In this document: piece by piece, positions 51,591 through 63,891 of the stretch
How the letters are laid out: every line of letters begins with the position of its first letter
Position numbering within the stretch: the first letter of the stretch is position 1
Origin: Hydrolagus affinis
Taxonomy: Eukaryota
Assembly (NCBI GenBank): GCA_012026655.1
Contig: JAAILG010001487.1
Span: forward strand, 1-64,000
Direction: 5' to 3'
Length of the DNA stretch: 64,000 nucleotides
Notes under the pieces: generated by a model
What the model was told of the DNA's origin: nothing
Database searches by the model: none
Seen by the model: the letters and a program-made list of their open reading frames with translations, nothing else
Made by a program: the position numbers and the translations under genes

Positions 51591-53342
51591 TGAAGCTACA
51601 TATATGAACCTCTTTTTCTTCCCAATGGGAAGAAACTGTTCTGAGAGAGTTGAACATATGTGGAGGCTACTGAATAATGTCTTTATAGTGGTGGTTTCAG
51701 CTTCCGTGTAGAATATATCCCTATTTCTTCTCAACTTTGGTTTGTCTTTGATGGGTATCTTAAATCTCCCCATTCCCTCCCACCCATAAAATTGGTTGTT
51801 TGCTTCAAGGCTGTTCATGGGATTTTGCTGTGTAAATTGGCTGCCATGTTCTTGCAGATTTAACCAATTGTAACTTAACCTCTTCAAGCTTCACAAAGCA
51901 AGAGTGGTTTGCATTTTACCCACGGAGTGTAGGTGAGAGAATCCGTGATCAGGGACGAACCTTCGGGTCACTTACAGTAACCGGTAACCAATTATCCGTT
52001 TCAAACTGCACAGTTTAACCAAGAGAGTGAAATGAAACACAGACCAGCTGTTTCCACTTTGCCAAGACCCCGAGTGATATCTCTCTCATATTTTTATATA
52101 CGTGTCTAAAATATATATATTGGCGCCGGTTCATTCAAAGAGATAACTTTTCAGATACAGGTGTACGGAGCCCTTGGGGACTGGAATAATTCCGGGAAGT
52201 GGTTTTATCATTTTAACTATAAATGCAAGTGTCTTTTTTTTAATATATGTGTAGACGTTTCTACAACTCACTGACTTCAGAGTACCTGTTTGAGGCTTCA
52301 GTGAAAGGCAGGGGTGCCATGTGCCATTAATCATTGGGCCTTCTTTAAGATGGGTGGAATCAATCAATGGTGTTTGTACTGCTTCAAATAGTTTCTCTCT
52401 CCCTGTGTCCTGTCCAACAGTGCCCCCAAATACAACTGGTCATTCTCTGCTCACAACGTACGCTCCACTTTACAGTAAAATCCTGTGAAGTGCTTTGAGT
52501 CGTGAATGGTTGTAAAACAAATGTAAAGGTCAGAGATCAGCCAGGTTTATTTAGGGGATCGTTTGTGACTGGTTGCCAGGGTGGGGAGGGATAAGGGCAG
52601 GACACTGTCTTGAGTGACTTGATGTAATTAGACAGTAACATTAAAACGAAGCCACCTACTTCAGAGCAGTATTGCATTATAACGGGGCCAACAAAAGCAT
52701 GAAGTATATAATACAATAATGAGAGAAGGGAGTTTCTCCTGGTGTCCGGGGCCAAACAGCCCCCTGATAAAATTACTGATTCATTTCATGGCTGTTTGTA
52801 GGACCTTGCAACGTGGCTACCCTCTTGGCTTACACACTGCAGTCGCTTTACTACATTTTACTGTAAATCCTGTGAAGTGCTTTGTGAGGTTCTCCCGGCG
52901 TGAAATGCGTGACATCAAATGCTGCTATTTTTATACCGTACATCCTAGACTCATTGTTTCTCAGTTGGGGCAGCTCTGTGCAGAAAATGCTCCTCGCTGT
53001 TTCTACGTACACTCAATCGGGGACAATACATTTGAGCAGGACTACAGTTCTGCACGGTCAAGGGATTCATTAATCTGAAGTTAAACTGCGTCCCCTTTGG
53101 TACTACACACCGAAAAGTAAATCGAAAGTTGTCATTTGGTGTGACAAGGGAAGAATATACAGTATTTAAGTTGGTTCTGCGGTTAGTTTATTTAAACTTG
53201 GTTTTGCTGCTCAACAGTGCCATCTCCTGGCAAGCTCCAAGCATTCACCGCTTGACTCCTCTCTCTGGTTGTAAACTGTGAATTCATTCCCAACTCTCTG
53301 CTCACAGCGCGCTCTCTGTTTCTGTCTCTGTCTGTGTCTCAG

Positions 53343-53454
53343 TACCGTTTGGTGGTGAAGACTGCACTGAAGCTGCTGCTGGTGTTTGTCGAGTACACTG
53401 AGAGCAACGCAGTCCTTCTGATCCAGGCTGTCAATGCTGTGGATGAAAAAAGAA
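53343..53454 (+). CDS. FHOD1: FHOD1 coding exon 7 ([37 protein letters not shown])
   Basis: ctcag acceptor, gtaagt donor; 112 nt. Conserved [17 protein letters not shown] motif. Confidence 0.96.
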
Positions 53455-54056
53455 GTAAGTAAGTCCTTGTCTGATGGATTCACAATCAGGTTCATGTCTA
53501 CAGGACAGTATAATGTTCAAGGCAGCACATCAAAGGCAGAAACTTGTGTTTGTAAATTTACCAATTGTAAATTTGCCAGGTAAATTTACCATAACTAAGA
53601 CAAGATAAATTTAAATGATTTCTCTCTCTCTCTCTTCTGTGAATGTGTACGAGGTTTCTTTAGAAAATGTATTAAGGCGCATTGAAGAAGTTAGTATAGA
53701 AGTGTGATTTGCTTACACTACTCAGCAATTTGGGATTTCAAAGTATTTGCAGATAGTCTGTAGAGAAGCCTGGTTCTGTGGCCATTGAGTGATGCAGAGG
53801 ATCAATCAATCAATTAAAATAAATTACATTTATATAGCGCCTTTCACGTTGGGAGGATGTCCCAAGGCGCTGAACAGTCAGGTAGGGACCAGAGCAGGCG
53901 GTGGGGAGGGGTCGGGGTAGGGGGAAGGAGAGTAGGAAAATTGACTGTATGTTTGTGGGTGAAACGGGGCAGCCAAATTGCACACAGCAGTGTCCCTCAA
54001 ACAGTCGTGGAAGTGCGGTTAGGTGAGGCTAAGGCTCGCTCAGTGGTAGGACTCTC

Positions 54057-54455
54057 AACAACAACAACTTTTTTATAGCGCTCTCCACGCCAGACGGCGT
54101 CACAGGGCAATTCACAACAGTGGAGCCCGAGGCTGAGCCAGCGGGAGGGTGAAGGTGACTATAAGCGCAGTTGCAGAGAAAGGTCTTCAAGCGCGATATG
54201 AAGATGGGGAAGGAGGGGATGCGGCGACGGGATTGAGGGAGAGATTTTCAAAGTTTTGGGGCGTTGTGGTCGAAAGCACGGCCGCCGATGGTGGAGCAGA
54301 GGATTCGGGGGACAAGGAGGAGGCCAGACCCGGTAGAGCGGAGGCAGCGAGTACTGCCGTGAGGAGAGAGGAGGCTAGAGAGATGGGGGATGCAGAGGAA
54401 TGGAGGGATTTAAACACGAGTGAGAATCTTGAGGTCGATCTGCTCTGTGACAGGG
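54057..54455 (-). mobile_element. L2-like LINE 3' fragment
   Basis: Minus strand IDLKILTRVFKSLH-like segment plus tail ending in (ttg)n. Confidence 0.7.
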
Positions 54456-55572
54456 AGTGTAAGGCTGACATTCCACTCCAGTGCAGTGTTGGGGGAGTGT
54501 GTTGCATTTTTGGAGGTGCCTGCCATTGTGTGAGACAACAACAACAACTCTGACTTATATCGCGCCCTCCATGCCAGACGTCAAACCGAACTCCTGTGTT
54601 CAGGTGGACGTTAAAGGTCCCACAGCGCTATTCACAAAGAGAAGGGAGTTTCTCTCTTCACGGTTTTCTGGCCAGCAATATCCCCAGATAAAATTGGTCC
54701 CTCACTCCATGGCTGTTTGTGGGACATTGCTGTGTGCAACTGGCTGTAAAAGAGAGAGAAGCAAGTACGAAGTAGGTCTGCAGCAGAGGATGGTAACAGC
54801 TGCTTGACTTGGAGGTTGCTCTTTGATGTAAAAAGCTAAAGTGGTTGCTTCCCCAGCCTCTCGTGGCCCCGAACGGCAATTGAAGTCCACTTCGCGCTGT
54901 TCTCTAGTAGAGCCTTGCGCTGGTGATGGACAGTGCTCGCTGTGGGCTCTGTGTGATGCCTAGCGAAGCCACGAGAAGGTAATGAAACCCAGGACAACAT
55001 CTGGTTGACAACCCAGTGTAGCCAGCTGTGACCCTCAGCCAGGGATCCTTTCCTAGCGTTTCTTTTATAATAAATCAAGGTTCAGATGCCAGTGAACACC
55101 CCCCACCCCCCACCCCCCACCAACCCCTGCCCAGTTCTCCTCCCCTCTCTCCATGGAGCCAGTGTTGAATTAGTGATCGTGGATTGCTAGAACTCTATAT
55201 GAGTAATGGGCCAATGATTGCCAATACTTGTGTGACGTAATCATCACGTCTGGTGACCTAACTTCACGGACAACATCACTGAGAGTAGTGTGTGTGTGGC
55301 TGTCTGTGTGAGCGTGTGTGTGTGTCTATCTGTGTGTGTGTGTGTGCACACCTGCCCACCCGCCCGCCCATGTGCGTGAGCACGGAAGTGGGGAAAGAGG
55401 GTCTATCTCTGTGACATTTAATGTAATGACTATTCCATCCATACATCTCCGGCCTTGTATTCTCTGCCTCTGCTCCACATTATATTCAAGAAGACTCTCC
55501 CTCTCCCTCTCCCTCCCTTGCATTTTATTTTGATCTCTGCAGTAACTGAAATCTTTTTTGTTTATTTTTCAG

Positions 55573-55667
55573 ACATAAAACCGTGGACGAATTTGATTGA
55601 AATTCTCCACGAGAAGAATGGAGCCGACCTGGAGCTTCTGGTGTTTGCTATGACCCTTATCAACAAG
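55573..55667 (+). CDS. FHOD1: FHOD1 coding exon 8 ([32 protein letters not shown])
   Basis: ttttcag acceptor, gtaaag donor; 95 nt. PW..L..IL.EKNGAD.ELLV motif. Confidence 0.95.
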
Positions 55668-57583
55668 GTAAAGTGTGCTCTGCATCGGTTAGCCCTTCAC
55701 AGCCTTCTTCCTGTAGTAATACCACAACCACCCCCCCCCTAATGGGCGATGCGTTGCTGAACTGATATTCCTTTGGACACTCTGCTCGCGAGCCTTGCTG
55801 TCAACAGGACGCACTGTGAGCGAGGTCTTTACGAAAGGTCCGGCCGTTGTGGTCCAGCCAAGCTTTGGTTTACAATGAGCTTCAAACCCATTTTGTCAAC
55901 GTGTAATGTGAACCAGACAAAAATATTGGTGCAGGACATGAGTCACGTTGGTCAGAGAGCCTGCCTGACCCTTCCCCCATGTAATTTACGGTCTGTGTTT
56001 GTGGCCAACAATGCACAGGAAAGTTTAGTCACCGGGGAGTTGAAATTCCACCTGGCTCGAGGTTTCCTCTTGTTCTTAGCGTTTCCAGAACGACCCAGAG
56101 TCGGGTCCGTTCTTCTAAACAGTTTTCATTTTTAGTATTTTATTTCTGACGCCAAACCGGGACTCCACGGGCAGGCAGGGCCTCGATTTAACGTCCCATC
56201 TGAAGGACGGCACCTCCAGCAATGCAGCGTTCACCACTGCACTGCAATGGAGTGTGAGCCTGCTGGAATATGTGAGTTCAAAACTGATGCCTAGAGCTTT
56301 GCAGCTCAACGATAACCAGCCATTTCCACTAAACAGGTACCGGTGTGTGAATGTGAACAAGCTATAAAAGTCACCGGATACCTTTAAACTGGGTTCATGG
56401 GAGCGAGGGAGAAATCTGCGAGGTTTTGACTACCTTGTTTGCTGTTGAAAAGAAAAGATCAGTTGCAGCCTTTTAGGTTTCGCTGTTCTGCAAACTGTAC
56501 AACAAATAAATCAATGAAGCAACCACTTTCACCTACAAGCAACACAGATGCCTGTGTAATGGAGAAGGCAGCTTCTCGCCCAGGAATGCGCACATTGTTG
56601 GTACTTTACATGCCCGAGGAGCTGTTTTCTTCGAACGGATATGAAACCAAAGTTGCACCTGAATTTTCTGTGCGTTACCATTTCCTATCGGAAATTCTGG
56701 CTTAGTTCATTTTCTGCCTTTGGCTCGTGCGTTCCACCTTTGTACTACAGCCTTTGATCTCATGTCTTCATTTCAGCACCTTACCATTGGACCAAGGCCC
56801 TCGTGATTCTTTCCAGTCCCTCCTTGAGAATTTAGAGCCGCCATAAATCAAATCTTTCGCCTTAATTCCCTTGGCGCATTTTACGCTGTTAAACGTGGCT
56901 TGTTATGCGGCATCCACTGTACCTGCAGAACAGCTCAGAAGTAATTGGTTCCAGTTTCGATGAGTTCTTTGCTTTCAGATAAAAGTGCTTGCGTTTTTTG
57001 ATTTATTTGTGCTACAGGCTGCTTGGAATCCCGTTCCTAATCTCTCTGGCAAAGCAAGGCAACAACTAATCTTTTCTCTTCACAGTAAACGAAGCAGTCA
57101 AAATCTTGGATCCCCTTTTCCCCATCCACCTGGAAAATATTTCCTCTGACTTTTATTGCTTCTGGTTCCCATTGCGTTATTTGAAAAAAAAGGAAAGTAC
57201 TTTCTCCCAATGTCTTGGCCAACAATACCTTTTTTTTTCTCTCTTCCTCCTCCGCTCCGCCAAAATTGGTCATTCACTTCATGGCTGTTTCTGAGGCATT
57301 GATTTGTGCAAATTGGCTGCCACATCCGTATGAATACACAGTCACTATGCTTCACAGTACGATCCTGTGAAGCATTTTACGATGTCTCATCGGTGTGATA
57401 AGGTGCGATATTAATTTGAGGATTATTATAATAGCCTTTTAAGATCCACAAAACGCAGTTGCTTTGGTGCAAGTCGCTTTGAGACGCCTTCTTGACATGA
57501 ACAGCACTGTAGCAACTACAAGGATGATAGGAAGGTGAGATTCTGTCCTTTGCACAAACCTCTGTGTTGCCTCCTTCCCCCAG

Positions 57584-57727
57584 ACCCTGGGAGCTCTTCC
57601 GGATCAGGATTCGTTCTATGATGTTACCGACTGTCTCGAGAAATTGGAGATGGAAGCCCTCATCCAAAGGCACATGAAAAACAAAGCGACCGACCCAGAC
57701 CTGAAGCAGCAGTTCACCATTTACGAG
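57584..57727 (+). CDS. FHOD1: FHOD1 coding exon 9 ([48 protein letters not shown])
   Basis: ccccag acceptor, gtcagt donor; 144 nt, phase 0-0. [12 protein letters not shown] motif is FHOD1-type. Confidence 0.95.
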
Positions 57728-57784
57728 GTCAGTTTATTTGCTCCACTTTATTCCGGTGTTGGTTTCATCCCAGGTAACAATCCC

Positions 57785-58000
57785 CCGACTTTGGCGCAGT
57801 GGAAGTTCTCTCGCCTCTGAGTCAGGAGGCCATGGGTTCGAGTCCCCATGTTGGGACATGGAATGACATAGTCTGAGATGGAGCTCCAATGCAGCATTGG
57901 GCGGAGTGGGGTTGGGGTGGTGGAGACTTGCTTTGTTGGAGGTGCCATCTCTTTGGATGAGACGTTAAACTGAGGTCCCATCTGCCTATCCAGGCGTGTG
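57785..58000 (+). mobile_element. Long-form Deu-domain SINE 5' half
   Basis: tggcgcagtgg / gggttcgagtccc boxes, then ggatgagacgttaaactgaggtcccatctgcc. Confidence 0.7.
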
Positions 58001-59599
58001 GCATTAGTATTATGGTCACACTTGTTCTCACCTGAACAAGCTATTTGAACATTTAAAAAATATGAATTGAGGTGCTGTGAGTGCTTTACATGATTTACTG
58101 CTCTGTGTGGGGGCAGCTATATGAATAAATGCAATTTGTATAACAAGTGTGGTCAGCGATTGTATTTGGAGGGAAACGCAGCAGCAGCCAGTGCCATCTG
58201 CGCACAGTAATGTCCAGCAGACAGCTGTGAGGCTGGACTTCTGCCCAGGACATGGGGAGAAATGCTCTTTCTCTCTTTTATTAAATGCCACGAGATCTTC
58301 CCAGATCAAAAGTTGCGTAAAGGCACAAACAGTCTGTAGATCAACCCAAGTCATCACTGCAGCGCGTAAGATGCTGGAGTTAATACAATCGGAAGCATTT
58401 GATGTTCTCTTCTGGCGCAAGTGAAGTTTGGATATGGCATGAACCTTTTTATTGTCCTTTTTTCCCTCCCCCACTCCCGCCCCCCCCCCCCCCACCAAAA
58501 GATCAAATAGAGACCTGAATTAATCAAGCTAAAACCTAGACATGTAATGTTTATGGTCTTCCGGGGAGTGGGTGTCTGCAGTTAAGCTTTGAGAACACAT
58601 GGTAAAAGTTTTAGGAGAGTTGATCTTTTTCTGAGTGGCACACTCCCCCATTCATAGCTTTTATTACCAGTCAGCCTGGTTACTAATCTGTTTTACACAC
58701 TGTTCCATTGATTCTTGTGCATTAGGCGTACAATCTATTGTGGATGCTGTCGGACCCAGAGTTGGGAGCTCAGAGTCTAAGCAAGCCCTTCATTGAAGTG
58801 CTGGGGGTGGGGGGTGGGGGGTGGTGTGGTGGGTGGGTGGAGACTGCTCCATTGCCAGGGATGCAATCCTTCGGATGAAGCTTTAAACCGAAGTCCCTTC
58901 TGCCTGTTTACGTTGACATTCATGATCCCGTGGTTTGAGAAGAGAACAGAGTCCTGGCCAAATAAAATTGGTCACTTCCTCCATGGCTGTTTGTGGGACT
59001 TTGCTGGTGTGCAGATTGGATGCCATGTTAACCTACGTTCAAAAAGGCATCACAGTTTTGCAGTCAAAACTGTGAATGGCTGTGAACGGCTTTGAGATGT
59101 CTCTATGTTATAGGCACTGTTTTAAAGGTGAATCTTATTTATTATTCAGGGAACCTTGAGGTAGTCAATTCCTCAGCACCTCTGCCCTCCCAGACCAATT
59201 GGGAACTTTGCCTCTGCTAGTGCTCCTCTGAGCCAGAGTGAGCTAAGGGCCTGAGGCTGATTGATGCAGCTGGCCCCCCACTTCTCCACCAATACCAACA
59301 CAGTGGAGATGAGGAGTGGAACCAGGGGATTGCAGCTGAGTCCCACACCTCCCCTACACACACTTAACATTGAAGTATCGATCTGTTTATTTTTCTTAAG
59401 GGGTAAAATGTTAGTTAAGTGCTTCTCGTTTATGGTTTAGGTGTTTTAAGAAAAAAAACATAAACAAAAAGCTAGTTACGTTAATGAGTTTCAAGGCCCT
59501 GTCAGAGTCTTCCAGTCAGAATGATAGTTGAATTAACGAGTTGTTAAAGTGTGAAGAACTGGTAAAAGAAAGTCACGTGGGACATTAGGGGTATAAAAA

Positions 59600-59810
59600 G
59601 GGGAGCAATGGAGATCTGGAATTCTCTCCGCAAAAATGCTGTGGATCTGTATCCATTCAAGTTTTCAAGACGTAGGTGGATAGATTTTTGTTAGGTCAGG
59701 GTATTGAGGGCTGTGAGGGAAAGGCGGGTAACTGGAGTTGAGGTGCAGATCAGCCATGATCTAATAAAATGGTGGGACAGGCTCCAGAGGCTAAATCGGT
59801 TCTCCTCCAA
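59600..59810 (+). mobile_element. CR1 LINE 3' end
   Basis: IWNSL...VFKT.VDRFLL and the CR1-type tail tggagttgaggtgcagatcagccatgatct. Confidence 0.7.
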
Positions 59811-59861
59811 GTTTAATGGACAAAAAGCATATTAGAAAACTTCTGATCAAACTGTTTATTT

Positions 59862-60172
59862 AGTTCTGTAGCTCAGAGATTAGAGTACTCGCTATACAAG
59901 CCAGAGACCTGTGTTCGAATCCAGGCAGGTCAGGGTGAAACCCTGGGCAAATTTCCTTACTCCACACGGCTAATAATAATCCCTCCAAACAGGATAATAA
60001 AATTGGTCATTTTCAATCCACGACTGTTTGTGGGACACTGCTGTGCGCATTTGCCTGCTGTGTTTCGCCCACAAATATACAGTCAATTCACTTTACAGTA
60101 TCTTCTGTGAAGCGCTTTGAGATGTCTAGAAGACGTGAAAAGCACTATATCAAATTGAAGGATTATTATTAT
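59862..60172 (+). mobile_element. Full-length tRNA-derived SINE (short family)
   Basis: Same family, near consensus. Confidence 0.88.
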
Positions 60173-61747
60173 GAAAACAATGTGGAGGTTGGCAACTTTT
60201 ACTGACAGTCTAATCCTGTGGGGAGCAAAGCCAAGTCCTAGACATTGCAACATGTTCAATAATGCAATTTCGGTCCAAGATTTTGTTCAGGAAGTGATTA
60301 ACTTGTTTGTTGTTTTACAACCAGTAAAGTCCATAGAAACTTAGGACATTGATTAAGCACATTTCGACCTTACTCATCACACCCCAATTTGGGCCATTAT
60401 TCCTGCCTGATGGTCATTCAAAGACCGGTTGATGTGATTCCCTGACTGGAAATATTTAAATTGGGGCGAATCTAACACGTTACTGTGAGAATTACTTTCA
60501 CTGGAAGTGTGAAATATGTGGGAGTTGTGTGTAGTAACTTGCGTGTTTATAGCACAGAAGGAATTGCATGCGTGTCTATTCTGCTGCTCACAGCAAAGAA
60601 TCCCAGTTTACAAAAACCTGCCAAATTAAAAGGGATTTTGATAATTCCTGACTTCAGAGAAGACTCCGCCGCAAATAGAGCGATACAATCTTTGGTGTCA
60701 TTGATTCATTTGGCTGGAAGTTGGCTGCATTTGTCTGGATTTACTTCTTGGAATTTGATACATGTTTCAATCCGGCCATCTGTCCACATTATCTGCACAT
60801 GCCTCTCTCCCTGCGCCCCAGCCAACAATCACACAAATAACACTGGTTATTTAGCTTCGTGGCTGTTTGTGGCAACGTCGCTGTGTGCAAATTGGCCGGT
60901 GCTTTCTCCACACCGTCATTCCGCTGGACAGTGTATCCGAGCATAGCATCGGCGTGCTAGCTTCGCAAGCGAGAGGACCTGGGTTTGATTGCCTGGTAGG
61001 GCAACACCTTATGCAAGTTGAGGCGACACCTCAGTTGACCCAGCAGTAAGTAGTAAACCCGGTTGTTAGTTGATTGGGCTGATAATCCCTCTCCTAAAAA
61101 TAATGTGGTCCCTGTTTGCAGGGCAGCGCTGTGTACAGTTGGCTGCAACGTTTCGCCCACAAAATACAGGGAATCGACTTTACATCATATTCTGTGCAAT
61201 GCTTGGAGACATCTCAGTGACGCCATCAGGCGCTTTATCAAATGCGAGGATTACAATAATAATAAAGAATCCTTGCATTCGATGTAGCGCTCTTCGCGTC
61301 ATCTAGATGTCTCCAAGCGCTTCACAGAATATATTATCATTACGGAGCGATCGTGATCTATGACAGAATGAGCTTCACTCGCTGAAGGAAACTCCGAAGA
61401 GAAGGCAGGAATTCTGCATTAAATCACTTGCATCGGAAGGAGGCGGAGGGTTAAGTTTCCCGGTGTGTTCCGTGTTGGTTCACCTCTGTTTGTAGGTCAC
61501 AGCCAGAACGTTAATCTATCTTTTTGTTTCATGTGCTGGCTGGTCTGTCGTGCATTCCCGGCATTTTCTGGGTTTATTTTAAGATTTCCAGCGCTGCCAG
61601 ATTTTCCTTTTATCCTTAAAAGAATCAATGGCATGTTTAAATGTGGGGAAAAGTAAAGCTTTAGATTTGTAGAAACCGTTGCCAATTCATATGGTTTCTT
61701 CTCCGTTTTATTTACAGATTGAGTGAGGCTCACTGTATCTTGCGCCA

Positions 61748-62065
61748 GGCTGGCTCAGTCAGTAACACGTAACACTCTCGCCTCCGATTCAAAAGATTAC
61801 GGTCCGACATTAGGACTTTGAATTTATGTAAAGTGAATGAAATGTCATGTATCGGCTGACACTCCAAAACAGCGCTGGGGGTGCGTTTGTGTGCGTTTTG
61901 GGAGCTGATATACATTGGATAGGATGTTAAACTGAGATCCCACCTGCCTGATCAGGTTAACCGTAAAGATCCTGTGGCAATGCTAAAGAGAAAGGAATTT
62001 CTCCCGCGTGTCCTGGCCACTCACCCCAGTGGGCTGATTGTGTGACACTGATGTGTGCAAATTTA
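61748..62065 (+). mobile_element. Long-form Deu-domain SINE
   Basis: ctggctcagtcagtaa head and degenerate core. Confidence 0.62.
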
Positions 62066-63079
62066 CTGCTTTATTCTGATTAATTATTCCTCGCTGCTTC
62101 CCTCAGCACTGTATTGCTTTTGCTCCCATTACTCATTGCCATATTATAATGATAATAACAACAATAATAATAATCCTTGCATTTGATACAGCGTGTCAAC
62201 AGTCAACTCAAGGAGCTTCACACAATTTTTTTTTACTGTCGGTGAGTTTTTGTTGCCAAACTCGGCAGCCCTTTTGTACATAGCAGTGAGCCACAAGTGG
62301 CCAATTTTATCTGGGAGATTGATAGCCATATATAAACACTATTACAACACCGGCAGAAATCTACTCATACTCATAAAGCGGATATTGTGAAATAGGAAGC
62401 CTGTCAGCTGGTGTAACACGGCATTTAATTTTAAAAAAGTGTTTTGGTCAGGCAATTGTTTCGCGATTACTGGATTTGGTTTTGCGTTCATCCTTATATG
62501 GCATAAGTTTATGGCATTAAAGTTATTTGGGGGAATTTCTGTGGAATGATGTGCAGAACTCTAAATGAATACCGTCACTGAAAGTATCAGTTCAGACTCA
62601 CTCACTGTGTCTCAAAACACACAGGCTTGCCAACAAAGCTGTTGGGGGAGCTGGAACCAATATAATAATAATTACTCTTGCATTTGATAGAGCGCCTTAT
62701 CACGGTGTTGAGACGTCTGAAAGCGCCTTGCAGAATATACTGTAATGCAGATTGACTGTATTTTGTGGGCGAAACACAAAATATCAGGTAGTGAGTAACC
62801 AATTTGCATCTCTTGTACTCCAAACACACTTTTTCTGTCATGACGACATTTTTGTAGAACCTCACGGCACGGAATTAGGCCCTTTGGCCCAACCACAACA
62901 AAACCCGCTTGCATTTACATAACGCTTCTCAAGCCGGATGGTATTTCAGAGTGTTTGACGGCCAACTGGTCCATCCCGGTGTTTGTACTTCACATGAGCC
63001 CCGAGAATCCACTCCAAAGGAAAATTCAGGCAGCTCAGGGGTTTTGTGTTTCTCCTACTTAACGTTCTGTCAATAGTAA

Positions 63080-63367
63080 AATAATAATCCCTGTGTTTTA
63101 GATAGCGCTTTTCACGTCTTCTAGGTATCTCACAGCGCTTCACAGAATATATTGTCAAGTGAATTGACTGTATATTTTGTGGGCAAAACGTGGTAGCCAA
63201 TTGCGCACAAACAGTCGTGGATTGAAATGAACAATATATTATGGCTTTTTTTTTGAGGGATTATTATCAGGCGTGTGGAGTAAGGAAACTTGCCTAAGGT
63301 TTCGCCCTGCCTGGAATCAAACCCAGCTCTTGCAAGGCGAGTGCTCTAACCACTGAGCTACAGGACT
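63080..63367 (-). mobile_element. Full-length tRNA-derived SINE (short family)
   Basis: Same family. Confidence 0.86.
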
Positions 63368-63541
63368 GCTGTTCTTGTTCCCTTCATTCAGGGCATGTAG
63401 GGGAGAGGCTCGTCTCTTGACATCTTCTGGCCCTGTGTGTGCGAAGGTTTACGTGACTCAAAAGGCTTTTATTTAATCCCATTGAGATGCGAATCCCAGA
63501 TGTTCTCCAGATGTTCTAACTGTGAGCTTTTCTCGATTCAG

Positions 63542-63891
63542 AACGCACTGAGGCACGAAGACGGCGACGATGACGGACAGACGTCAACCCCGCGCAGGGA
63601 CAGGAGGAAACTGGGCGTGGACGAAGGAAGGAAACACAGGCGCTCGTCAAGTCATAACACGGCTGAGCCTCTGGACGCAACGAGAGCCACCAGCCCAGGA
63701 CCTCGCCTCATGCCAGCTCCAGAAAGAACCATTCCCAGCGTCGCCAAGGATCCCAAAGTGAATTCTCCCCAAACAGCGCAGCCCGACTCCCACGATCGCC
63801 CTGAAACAACATCAGCCATGCCTGTAATCCTGATCAATGCCTCTGAGATGCCACCTGCAAACGCGATGGAAACCAAGGCATATTCAAAGCA
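63542..63891 (+). CDS. FHOD1: FHOD1 coding exon 10 (NALRHEDGDDDGQTSTPRRDRRKLGVDEGRKHRRSS..., end of FH3 and start of low-complexity linker)
   Basis: ttctaac branch-point-like motif, ttcag acceptor. Frame open to the ca|gtaagt donor; 350 nt. The 3' boundary is less certain than the 5' boundary. Confidence 0.88.

Noticed and set aside
51360-51887. 175-aa minus-strand ORF and many recurring 'NIQSIHFTV/RFETSRR' ORFs
   Set aside because: Translations of non-coding SINE sequence.
63437-63541. 5' extension of the 152-aa ORF before exon 10
   Set aside because: Intronic read-through. FHOD similarity starts at NALRHEDGD after the ttcag acceptor.
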